DNA of 63,984 bases, counting the filler, from Folioceros fuciformis (taxonomy: Eukaryota): NCBI GenBank assembly GCA_049999805.1. It is 7 parts of 7 records of this genome, joined end to end, with 100 filler letters (N's around TTAATTAATTAA, not from the genome) between each part and the next. Parts side by side here need not be neighbours in the genome. Positions count along the whole stretch, not along the records: positions 20,183 to 33,933 come from JBNGIO010004196.1; 6 more parts are not named here. The stretch is one strand, 5' to 3'. Each line of letters starts with the position of its first letter. Within the stretch, counting starts at the first letter, position 1. The notes beneath the pieces are model-generated. The model was not told where the DNA came from and made no database searches. It worked only from the letters and a program-made list of their open reading frames with translations. Positions 22,990-34,033 of the stretch are shown here, in pieces. Both the position numbers and the translations under genes were made by a program.

Positions 22990-23510
22990 AAAGCAAGAAA
23001 AGGAGGAGGGAGTAAGGGGACCCAAAGCAAGGGTGGGAGGAGAGAGTAAGAAGCAAGAGAAAGCAAGGGAGGAAGGGTGGAAGGAGAGAGCAGGAGCAAG
23101 AGGAAGCAAGGGAGGAAGGGTGGAAGGAGAGAGTAAGGAGCAAGAGGAAGGAAGGGAGGAAGGGTGGAAGGAGAGAGCAAGGAGCAAGAGGAAGCAAGGG
23201 AGGAAGGGTGGAAGGAGAGAGCAAAGAGCAAGAGGAAGTAAGGGAGGAAGGAGAGAGCAAGAAGCAAGAAGAAACAAGGGAGGAAGGGTGGAAGGAGAGA
23301 GCAATGAGCAAGAGGAAGCAAGGGAGGAAGGGTGGAAGGAGAGAGCAAAGAGCAAGAGGAAGCAAGGGAGGAAGGAGACAGCAAGAAGCAAGAAGAAACA
23401 AGAGAGAAAGGAGAGAGCAAGGAGCAAGATGGAGCAAGTAGCAAGAGGGAGCAAGGAGCAAGAGGGAGAAGGCAAGAGAAAGAGGACCAAGAGAGCAGGA
23501 GGGAGAGAGC
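22990..23510 (+). repeat. Purine-rich imperfect minisatellite (~44-bp unit)
   Basis: Repeats of GCAAGAGGAAGCAAGGGAGGAAGGGTGGAAGGAGAGA; very few pyrimidines on the + strand. Confidence 0.9.
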
Positions 23511-24115
23511 GCGTGAAGTAGTGTTTACATTGTGGTTGTGGCATGCTTCGTCAATCCCCCGTAGACCGAATCACTGTGTTTTTAGGGTGGTTTGTTAACA
23601 ACAGCTTCTATCTGCGGCTTTTGTCGACGAACCGTTTACTGTTTTAGTAAGTTTTAATATTATGACCCTTTTACATACGGGGTTAGTTTTCCCATCATGG
23701 GAACACCGACCCCGCCTTTTTTGCAGCCTGCCTCCCTTCTAGCCCGCCTTCATCACGGTTTTGCAGCCCGCCTCCCTTGTAGCCCGCCTTCATCACGGTT
23801 TTGCAGCTTGCCTCCCTCGTAGCCTGCCTTCATCGCGGTTTTGCAACCCGCCTCCCTTGTAGCCCGCCTTCATCGCAATTTTGCAGTCCTCCTTTTCTAT
23901 AGTCTGCCTCTATTGCCGCCTTGCGAGAATTGTGTTGCTCACACCGTTGTTCGTAGGCCGTCCTTACTCGCAGGCTACCCTCTCCGCAGGCCGGTTACCT
24001 CGCTTGCAACTTGGACAATTCTCGATTGCAACTTAGACAACTCTCATTTGCAGCTTGGGCTTGGGCCTTTTGCCATTCCTCCTTGTTTAGGTTCAATTTT
24101 TTTCATTGAAGAACT

Positions 24116-25020
24116 ATGGACCTCCCGAACTTGCTAGGCTCTTCTATTTCCTCTTCTCAATATATTGCACTGTCTTCTCAACCCCCTCTACTACTCACAG
24201 CACGAGCTCCAGCACCTGTGGTTGTCACCAAGCCAAAGGTCAACCTTGCAGCATGGACAATCGACAGCACTTTTGCCTTTATTGCAGCTTTTGAAGACAT
24301 CTACATGGAGCACCTTCGGCGGGGGAATTTGGCAGCCCACCACTATGACAACATTGCTGTTCTAATTTCTCCTCTGTGTCAAGGTTTTCAGCCTACGGGA
24401 ATTCAATGCAAGAACAAGATGGATAGTTTAAAGCGGCAATATAAAGTAGAGGCAAAGAAGCTGACAACCGGGGTCTATGCCTCGAAATGGGTGTTTTGGG
24501 AGGCCATGGATGCATTAATCAATGACAATCCTAAGGTAGTTGGAATTCCGAACTCTCATGACCTTGGGCTTGTTGATTTGACGAGTTCAGATTGCTGCTC
24601 TGAGCAAGATGATATTCTTCTCAACACTGCTGAAGACCCCTTTGTTTCTAAGGCGGAGCCTCCGCTTGTGGCTACTGTTTCACCAAGCTTGCCAACCTTT
24701 CCACCACCGAAAGAAGAATGTGGTGAATCTCCTAAACAAAGGTAACTAAGTTGAAGGGTATAACAACTAAGAAAGCCAAGACAAGAAAGCGTAGGTTTGA
24801 TGAATTTAGGCCTGATAGAATACCTGATAGTATTTCTAGGTTTGTTGAGGTCTTTGCGAAGAGTGAGACGGCAAAGTTAGAGAGCATGCAAGCTGTGGAG
24901 AAGAGTAGACTAGAATATAGCTTAACAATCTTAGAGCCGCAACAATACATGCAGTTGGAGGTTGCAAAGCTGTTGGTACAGTCTTCTAAAAGAGCAAGGA
25001 GTTGCTCCCCTTTAAACTAG
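24116..25020 (+). pseudogene. Harbinger Myb/SANT-like DNA-binding ORF
   Basis: WTIDSTFAFIAAF...RGNL...QCKNKMDSLKRQYKVE...SKWVFWEAMDAL, then a stop or short intron at about 24745 and a basic/coiled-coil tail. Confidence 0.75.
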
Positions 25021-25712
25021 CTGCAAGTGTTGTTTGTGTTACAAGAAATGCTCAGAAACTTTGAATGTCAAATTCTGACTTTGGTCTTCATAAACAATTA
25101 CACACAAGCAATTCAAAGCAAGCTCGTTTCAAGAACTTCACAATGATGCATAGCACTTTACATTTGGACAAGTGTGTTGTTCGAAACAAAGCTAGAAAGT
25201 AACGGGATTGTTGTTTATGTTGTGTGAAAGCATAAAAACTAGACACTACTATATCTCTCTCAAGTCGTGATGAAAAAACTCAAGTGAGCACTTCAAAGAA
25301 AGCTCGTTTAGGGTTAAGGGTCCCTAGAAACAAGAAACCACCATATCTCACTCCAGTCGAAATGAAAAAAAATGCAAGTGAGCAGTTCAAAGAAATCTTG
25401 TTTCAAGAGCTTCAGAATGATGCATAGCACATTTCATTTGAACAAGTGTGCTGTTCGAAACAAAGCCTGAAAGTAACGGCATTGTTGTTTGTGTTGTGTG
25501 AAAGCATAGAAACTAGAAACCACCATAGCTCACTCCAGTCATGATAAAAAACTGCAAGTAAGCACTTAAAAGAAAGCTCGTTTCAAGCNNNNNNNNNNNN
25601 NNNNNNNNNNNNNNNNNNNNNNNNNNNNNNNNNNNNNNNNNNNNNNNNNNNNNNNNNNNNNNNNNNNNNNNNNNNNNNNNNNNNNNNNTTACATTTGTAT
25701 GCTACAAAGGAC

Positions 25713-27013
25713 TTATGCACGCCTGTTCGACCAAGCATTTCTCCAATGCCTAACTAAGGCAGCATGTTTCACTTCTGCTTGACTCTTCAAAGCTTCTTCT
25801 TTAGCATTTGTTTGTGAGATGTTCACTGGAAGTGGGAGTCTATGCTCATCCAAATATCGACTATCAGTAGTTATGCAAAAGTTATGAAGCACACAACATG
25901 CTGCTACTGTACTCGAGCATATTCTATATGGATATTGAGGTTTTTCAAAACTCTCCTCCGGCCCTTCAATGTTGAGAATGCATTCTCTATGACTACACGA
26001 CCATATGAGAACTAAGAGTTGAAGGACCATTGCTCCGCATTTGCTGGATTTTTAAATCTTTTTATGAGAAAGGGCCGTAACGGATTTGCTGCGTGCGTCT
26101 CCAATAATGTATGGAGGTATTGGAACACCTTCCACCATGACAATGGGCTCTCTGAATATGTTATTCTCGATAAGGCACTACCATAAACTACTATTCCGCA
26201 AAATTCCAACATCATTAGATTCTCCGGGACTATTGACACATATATCTAAAAACAAATGTTAATGGTTACATATAGCCTGTAGAATGATATAGTGCATGTT
26301 ATAACGCTTGCAATGATATGCTGCTGGCATGTACCTTGGTGGCGGCTTAGCAATGAACTTGATCAAAGAGCCACCAATAGCACCTACAATGTTAGGTAGT
26401 AGAGTCCACTCCTCAAACTTAGCAGAAATGGCTTGCTAATGTTGTCTTGATGGAATGCCGATGAAAGATGAGTATAATTTTTTGGGATCAACTAAGATGG
26501 CCACCATAGCCTTGGTGTATTGCACCACTGTTGCCACACCTACATCATATTTCACGGCCACTTCATACGAGAGCAACCCTCTTCCAAGCCGACACAATAC
26601 CATTACAACAGCTTTCTCAAGTTTAATTGGAGCTCTCGGAGAACTGCGAACAAGAAAGGGGCGAAGTTCCTCAACCAAAACCATGAAAGTTGTATAAGTC
26701 ATACAATATTGCCGCCTCCACTTCTCATCCCGCACTGAAGGTGAAAGCATTTGTCATGCTTGCATGTGCAACCTCTCCCAAAGACCTTGCCGACTTGAAC
26801 TTTCCACCAAACCCTCGAAACACTGGGTCTTGTAGGTCTTGTAGCCTCAACCGTTAAACTACTTGCTGCAGCCATTACCAATAGTATGAAAGAACTCATT
26901 ACATTACTCGATAAAATATCATCACTATATATGCTACGACATTGTCTTAGAAAATCATCTTGAGAATATATCGAGAGAAAGGCTAAGAGCAAAAAAACCC
27001 TAGTTTCATCCAT
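25713..27013 (-). pseudogene. Harbinger (HARBI1-like DDE_Tnp_4) transposase, frameshifted
   Basis: DEKWRRQYCMTYTTFMVLVEEL, EKAVVMVLCRLGRG...YDVGVATV, LPNIVGAIGGS, VAACCVLHNFC. Confidence 0.85.
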
Positions 27014-28404
27014 AGCCAAAAACTCAAGAAACCAAGGAGCGACAACCCAAGAGAGAAGAGGAGCATACAAGAATGCCAAGTTCTAGTAGCCCAAAATGTT
27101 GGGCAGCCCGGGACGATCCCAGCCTTGACCTAGCGTATGGATTCACCTTTTGGTGGGTCCAACAGCACCGAGTTAAAATCGCCGACACGGTCCGTCCGTC
27201 GCTCGCTAGCGATACACGAGCTGCGGACGGACCAAAGGGCTTTTCAATGTAAACCGTACTTGAGAGCGGGTGGAGCGAATGAAGCGGGTGTTGTTTAGTG
27301 CTGTAAGTACATACGTATTTATGTACATAAGAGTGTATGAAGTAAAAAAAATTGTAGTTTCTTTTTAACTTGGTTTAGTATTTATATTTTATGTGTCATT
27401 TTTCATTATTTTTTCTTATTTTATGATGGTCTTAAGCCCTAGAAATCCTATAATTATCTATCTTAGCTCAGGAAAGAACATGTTACCATACTCAAATTGT
27501 AATCGGTTTTGGTAACTCTTGTATTTATTGTTGAAGGCTTTTGATGTTAACGTTAAATGCGTTAGGACATCGTCACACAAAAAAGGCTTCCAAAATCACA
27601 TATTTTGAGGTATGTTTTTATATTAGATTTGGAATACTTTGTATTTCATTATTTTAGTACTCAATTATTAAATTTTATCTTTGCAACTTTTGCTTTTCTT
27701 AGGGTGAATTCAATATACTGTAAGAACCAAGTAGTAAGAAGAAATTATCTTTGACGATGGGGCAAAAGAAAAAAATAATATAATACAAAGATGCTCATAG
27801 TGGAGCTACTAATCGAGAGGTTAGTGCTTGGGCTTCTCATCAATTCAACATGCCAGTTTCTACTATGAGCATAGGTCGAATTTTCAAGAAGGGAGATGAG
27901 TTTCCAAACGTAAAGGATCATGAAGCTAACTCTAAACTGAGTAACGATACATTTCATCCCAAGGTTGACGAGGCTTTGTTTTCATTGTTTGTGACAATGG
28001 AAGGAAATGTCACTTACGATATGTTATGTGAAATGGGAAAAAAATTCTTTGATAGATTACCAAAAGTAGAAAGGTTGGAAAAACCACTAGCATTTTCTCA
28101 TGGTTGGGTGGCAAAGTTTAAACATCGACATGGCATCAAAGGTTTTGTGAAGCATGGAGAAGTTGGAAGTGCTGACACATCGCATGTGGTCCAAGATAGA
28201 ATGGAAGACATTAAAAGTATCATGCGAGAATACGAGCCTCAAGATATTTTTAACATTGATGAAACAGGGTTGTTCTATAGATTGGAAGCGAACAAAACAT
28301 TGGCAACGAAGAGGCTGAGTGGGAAGAAAACTCCAAAGGAAAGGTTAGCTATTGCTTTGACAACCAATATGGATGGTAGTTATAAATTACCACCCTTTGT
28401 GATC

Positions 28405-31400
28405 AAAGACCTTAAAGTCGAACAAACCTCAAAGTCGAACAAAGATTATAAGGGCTCACCTTCCCTAGGGACATGTGTGATTCCGCTGCTCATCATTCCC
28501 AGGATTAAGAAAGCCCGCCTGTCTCCATTCTTTTTGCTTGAACTTTTTCCGACGGGACTGCCTCAAAGCTTCTGCTGCTATCAGTAAGTGCTCCCATATG
28601 CGCCATAGTAAAGCCTTAGTTGAGGCTAACTCTTGTCCTCCATAGACCATTGAGGACCAGTTAACCCAAAGAGAGAAAAGGTACGAAGAACACAACAAGC
28701 CTGACCATTATGCTTGTATGAGAGCCTTGCCCGAGACTGCATCCATTCCAAATATGGCTGACTGTTTCTTGATCCTGAGATTAGTACCAAGAAAAATCTA
28801 ACCACCTACCCACCTCCCTCTAGATTTCTTGAGCAAAGCTACAATGAAAGAACATGTGTTGACTTTTATTCGGGGCACCAGAGGTGCAAAGTTGACACGG
28901 CTCCTCTCCCGTCACAAATAACAACCCATCCCAACAATCCGCATTAGGCAAACATGCTTGAAAAAAGCACCAAACCGTAGTCCTCACCTTGGGAGGGATT
29001 CCTGCAGACTTCCAAAGTAGCTTGATAGCTTCCCTTTGTCGCCGCACAGATAGTTGCAGCCTGGGAGCCATTGGCTGTCGTTGATTGCTTTTTTGCGCCC
29101 GTACCATCCAGAGGAATATGTCTGCTCTTGGGAAGTTGAAGAAAGATCTACGGCAAGCCTCCTTGCAACCTGGACGCCTGGGCTATTTGTATAGGTATGG
29201 TCTTAAGACCAACGCCTAGTTTTCCACCAGCCGGAACCAACACCATACCATAAACTTATTCGAGGGTTGTGGCCCATTAGGTCATTCGTCTTGAGTGCAC
29301 CATCGCCCTGCTTGAGCGGACTTAGAGAGGACAGTGATAGCCCACAACTCCCCTCTTTGGATTCCTCCATCGTCCCTGCCCTGATCTTCCAAAAGGCCTT
29401 CCGGTGACATGACCTTGAACGTCTGTAACTGCTCTTGAACCGCTGTACCAGCAAGCCAAGCAGCCCTATCTAACTCTACGGCATCCTCCTGTTCTTCCTC
29501 CTCAGAGTCCACACCCTCACTGTCTATGGACTATGCATACCACCCCTCAACGCCCGAGCTAGGAGGTTGCCATAAAACCTGCTGCACCTTATCCTCTAAC
29601 CCCTCTTGCACCCATGAGAAAAGGAGTCTGACGTGTCGAGCCGCTAACCAAACTCCCCCTTGACCTCGTCCATCTCCTTCCAACAAGACTCTAATCTATT
29701 CCATGGATGCCTAAGCTGGAAAACTCCTTTTCGGCACGCCAACCCGAAGATTTGAGACCGAAATACCTTTGACCTGAACTCCCGAGCCCACAACCTTGAG
29801 AATCTTTGCAAAGGGATACCAAGGACATCATCAACATGCGAAGGGTTACCAGGAATAATGTATTGTTTTACCTCTAAGTAACTGCTCCAAATGGACTTGA
29901 AGAGAGGAGATCACTCTGTAGTATCAAGTAACGGCTTGTCAGCAAGAATGTTGTCTATAGATCTCCTTCCCCTAGGTACAACTTGGGTGCAATCCAGATG
30001 TTGCGTGGGCCAACTCTTCCAAGGGTAGTATGCCGGATCAGCCACCCTGACAACCCAGCATGCAAAACTTTCATCTTAGCAACCGGATCTACCACACCAA
30101 GACCCCCTAGACTACGAGCCTGGATGATGTGATGCCAAGCCACTTTAGAGCACCCTGCCATGCTATCCCGCGAACATTTCCATAAAAATGAGGTCAGCAC
30201 CTATTGCAACCATTTCACCTCAATCTTGGAGGCGGACCACAAGAACAAGTACCATATCGGTCCTCGAAAACCTTAGCTGAGAGTGAACCATATGTAGCTG
30301 ACCAAAGCTGCTCCCACCCAGCCATCTTCCCCACACTGGAGAAAATTTCCACAAAGAATAAGGTAATGAGGTTTTTTTAAAACCTTGTAGCGAATCCTGC
30401 ATCACACCTTGCACATCAGGAAGGGCAGGAATTCGCGTCCTATGCCGGTTAGAAGCCACCTTATCGAAGAAGAATTTAGAAGGGCCGTCTCCTTCCCTTA
30501 CTCACTTAACCTTAGCCCGTTTGAACCAGCCTCTGGCCCTATCCTCTTCCAACTTGGCTAGAGCACATTGCACCTCAATCTTTCTGGCTTCTTCTTCATT
30601 TGTGAAGTACCGGTCTTCACAAGCTCTTTGTAACCAGCAAAGCTGCTCCCTCAAGAAACATTCTTGTTGGCATTGCTGTTTTGCCCGTTGAACCCCGCGC
30701 CTCCTCAAGTACCTAGTTGCTTTATTGTCAGTACAGATCAATTTAAGCGCCGCATGTTCTGGTCCCTGTTTGACTCCTTGCCAGATGTTCTTGATATCAT
30801 CAAGTACACCTTTTACCTTTAGTAAGGATGTGTTCATCCGAAAATCTTGCATGTCTCCTTTGAAGCTGAGAGTTCGGAGCAAGACTCAAATGCAAACTGC
30901 TTGGGTGGTGATGGGATAGAATCGTACCAGCGAGAATACTATACGGCTACACAAAGGATAGCCATCCTGAGGGAATATAGAACCTGTCCAATCTACGCGC
31001 TCCCAAACTCTGGTGTTGTTGGTTGGACCACCTGAACATCAAGGATTGTGGATGGCGGTGCGCTAGGAGGGCCAACCACGGGTCCTGCACCGCCAAAACC
31101 GTATCTCTCAACTCCTGCCAAGACATGGGCACCGCCCGAACATCAATTGGGCTATCTCCTCTAATGTCTTCTCGTCTTTCCACAAAGTTGAAGTCACCAG
31201 TCAGCATCCACGGGATCTGATCATCCAACTGATCTCCCAGTCTATGGCAGAGACTGCTCCTATAAGAGGCGGCGTTAGGCGCATAAATGTTGCAAATTCC
31301 GATGGGGCCCTGTGGTGTCTGCAACACTAGCCACACAAACCTTCCACCCGCATCCTGCCCCGATTCTAGAATGTTATGAGCTTGTTCTAGGTGAACAGTG

Positions 31401-32160
31401 ATGGACACCCCTCCCCGGATCGCAGACACATGCTGGGTCGACCGTTCTCCCCCTCTTGCATCCTCTGCTCTAGTTGCCACCCATTGTGTCCTACCCGGAA
31501 GGAAGATTTTCTTCACTTTCTAGATATGCTCCATTGAGAGCTTATGTTCCTGCAAGCACACAACATCCCAAGTAACCTCCTCGTCAAACAGATGATTCAA
31601 TCTTCTACACTTCGAAGCCGTCTTCAACCATCCCCCCAAACCTCTCGCGTTCCAGGAAATGATCCACAAGTGCGTCCCCCTTTCATAGTCTTTCAACGTG
31701 TGTGGAGGCAAAACCCCGGGCACTGATTGCCGACGGGTTCCATCTTTAGTGGCCACACTTATCCCACTGTCGTTGAGACATTGGGTTTTGTTCCCACGAA
31801 GGAGCGATGGGGTTCCTTGCTGCTGTGGATGAAGGGTCGGACTCAATTGACTCGATGATGGATTCGAGGGCTCCCCTCTAGCTCCGATCAGGCGTAGGAC
31901 AAGCCTCGTTGTCCAGCAGTCAGCTGCACCTCTCTTGGTGCCCACAAACTCACTCCAGTCACTACAACGACCCTAACCTCTCAGATCTGCGACTAACCCC
32001 AAAGAAGAGAAAGAAGGGAACACACTCTCCCCCCACACCCCCTCGGATATCCCCTCCCCACAACCTTACCAGACGCCATGAAACATGGCCGGCCTACAGC
32101 ACTTGTCCAAACAGGGAACAAGAGTGGACAGGTCGAGAGAAAGACACATCCTTTAAAATC
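28405..32160 (-). mobile_element. L1/Tx1-like LINE ORF2 relic with APE endonuclease and zf-RVT, RT core missing
   Basis: IISWNARGLG, VVCLQEHKL, NIYAPN, GDFNFVE, RLDRFY; FLWK...KVAW...GGLGV; PPKVRTTVW...CQLC...QHMFFHC. No QG/YADD segment is seen between about 30300 and 30360. Confidence 0.85.
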
Positions 32161-32210
32161 AAGAGCTAGGGGCAAACCCCTTCACCCTGGTCATTACACC
32201 TTGTGATCCT

Positions 32211-32504
32211 TGAAGGATCGGAAAGGGAGCCACATGATGAAGGAGAAGAGAAGAGGAGAGGAGAGGAAGAGAGGAGAAGAGGAGAAAGAGGTCTCACAAT
32301 GTCTCTCCCATCTCTCTCATCTCTCTTGAAAAGGGAGGAAGCTTCACAAGAAGCTCACAGGAAGCTAGACACGAAGCTTCCTAAAAATTAGCTTAAGCTA
32401 ATCTAAACTAATGATACTTAATTAGACACTAATCTTAGACTAGTTACATTAGCCTAATTAAACTAATAACATTAGCCTAAGCACATTGGGCTTTAATAAC
32501 CCTA
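32211..32504 (-). mobile_element. Isolated LTR of Copia family A
   Basis: Reverse complement resembles LTR 16055-16311 (TGAAGGATCG...GAAGCTTCACAAGAAG...TTAGCTTAAGCTAA...GCACATTGGGCTTTAATAACCCTA); terminal CA missing, no TSD. Confidence 0.88.
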
Positions 32505-32741
32505 TGGCCCGGTACCGGACCTAAACTTTCCCAGGTCTGGGACCAAACCTATACCCACTCTTATAACCAAACCAACTATTTCCTAGTCAATTAACCTAAT
32601 TAGCACAAAGAAAAATAGGAAAAATGACCAAAACATCAAGGAAAATTAGGGGAAATAAGTAGAAAGAGAAAACCAAACCATACCACTATTAACCCTTTTT
32701 CAACCAAAACAGACTACTACCCCAAACTTTGGAGGTTCACA
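32497..32741 (+). repeat. Dispersed ~245-bp repeat, copy 1 (copy 2 at 50574-50817)
   Basis: Near-identical AACCCTATGGCC...GTCTGGGACCAAACCTATACCCACTCTTATAACC...CCCCAAACTTTGGAGGTTCAC. Confidence 0.9.
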
Positions 32742-34033
32742 GCGTGTCAATACCCATTTAATGGGGTTTGCTTGAAAGATTCTGGACAGCAGATGGCTTG
32801 GTCATCCTAGCCCCAGACCTGAACTTGGACCGCTCCAGCTGATCACTATTTTTAGGCTCACGGGACCCTCTTTGAAGTCTTTCAGACTTGCGAATGGCCA
32901 GTGCACCTTTCCAATCATAGCCTCCTGCGAGCCTTCCAGTTTCACCCACCGCCGCCTCTGGAGTCTCTATCCTGTCCTTTGTCCAAGGTGGGTCCAAAGT
33001 CCACCTCCACTCGGGGATAAGCGGCATGGATGGCCCATAGGCATGTTTTAGACGGACTTCAGCATAATATTGCCCCTCCTTCTGGTAGACACCACTGAAG
33101 AACTCAACCTCCTTACCGTCTTTACTCATTAGGACCCCTCCGGCCGACAAGAAGGTAAAAATCCTCTCCTATCCTTTATGCAGCTGGTGTAATGTAATGA
33201 TAAGTGGCAGCTGTTCCCCCCCCGCTTCCTATCATAACCAGAAAGGAGCAAAAGTCTTGAATCTTCCTCGTAACCATTAGGTTGACTGAATAGTGTCTGC
33301 TTTTCCTCCTTGATATTCCTTTCGACTCCCTGAATTCCTGGCCACTAAGCCCGCTCGATTCCTCCTGCCCAGGGTGAGGAAGCCCGTATTGTACCTCCTT
33401 GACCTATACAAGATCCCTTTCCCCGGACCTTAGCGGAGAGGTACATCCTTCATCTCCAGAAAAAATAGCTTGTACCTCATGCCAGTCGGATTCAGTATCC
33501 TCTTCATCCTTAGCACAAGGAGTGGAGAAAAAGTCATCCTCAGACACATATATTGCATTCTCTCTCATGATGGGACTGTCAAAGGCAAGCATGGATTTAT
33601 CCAAACACGATGCACCAGATTCATCCTCTCTGGAACCCCCTCTCACTTCACTCCTGTTGTGGGGTTAAAATATGGTATCCAGGGGTACCGCGAGGTCCAC
33701 ACAAGCCCTCTATGTTGTTGTAGCTCTGGGATTCGATCCCAAGGGAATGATTTGTGTTAAACTACATAGGTTAGCTTCTAAAGTCAATTAGCACTTAAAG
33801 CTCGACTGACCCACGCACACACGTCCAGTGCTCGGACCTTACCAAGCCCCCTTACTTCCCCACCGGACGACCCCTCAACCACCCGGTCGCCCCAAGGGCT
33901 ACCTTCCCCTAGACTACCCTTGGTTGCCCACCGNNNNNNNNNNNNNNNNNNNNNNNNNNNNNNNNNNNNNNNNNNNNTTAATTAATTAANNNNNNNNNNN
34001 NNNNNNNNNNNNNNNNNNNNNNNNNNNNNNNNN

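Larger units (their letters stand above)
23517..27260. mobile_element. PIF/Harbinger DNA transposon (decayed), convergent Myb/SANT and transposase genes
   Basis: TIRs AGTAGTGTTTACATTG (23517-23532) and CAATGTAAACCGTACT (27245-27260) match at 14/16; 3-bp TSD TGA on both sides. Internal 40-bp x4 tandem at 23720-23885 and ~280-bp duplication around 25100-25590. Confidence 0.88.
22723..28405 (+). mobile_element. pogo/Lemi1-like Tc1-mariner relic (left TIR plus truncated CENP-B/DDE transposase), carrying nested insertions
   Basis: TA + CTGTCGACCCTCTGTAAATGA at 22721-22743 resembles pogo/Emigrant TIRs. Transposase fragment 27850-28405 (FSHGWVAKFKHRHGIK, GEVGSAD, DIFNIDETGLFYR, KERLAIAL...DGSYKLPPFVI) is cut by the LINE. 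Linking the TIR to the ORF is an inference. Confidence 0.6.

Noticed and set aside
22951-23598. Leu/Ser/Pro-rich and Glu/Arg/Gly-rich ORFs in several frames
   Set aside because: Translations of a purine-rich minisatellite.
23720-23885. 40-bp repeats as a CRISPR array
   Set aside because: Head-to-tail repeats without unique spacers, inside a Harbinger element; no cas genes.
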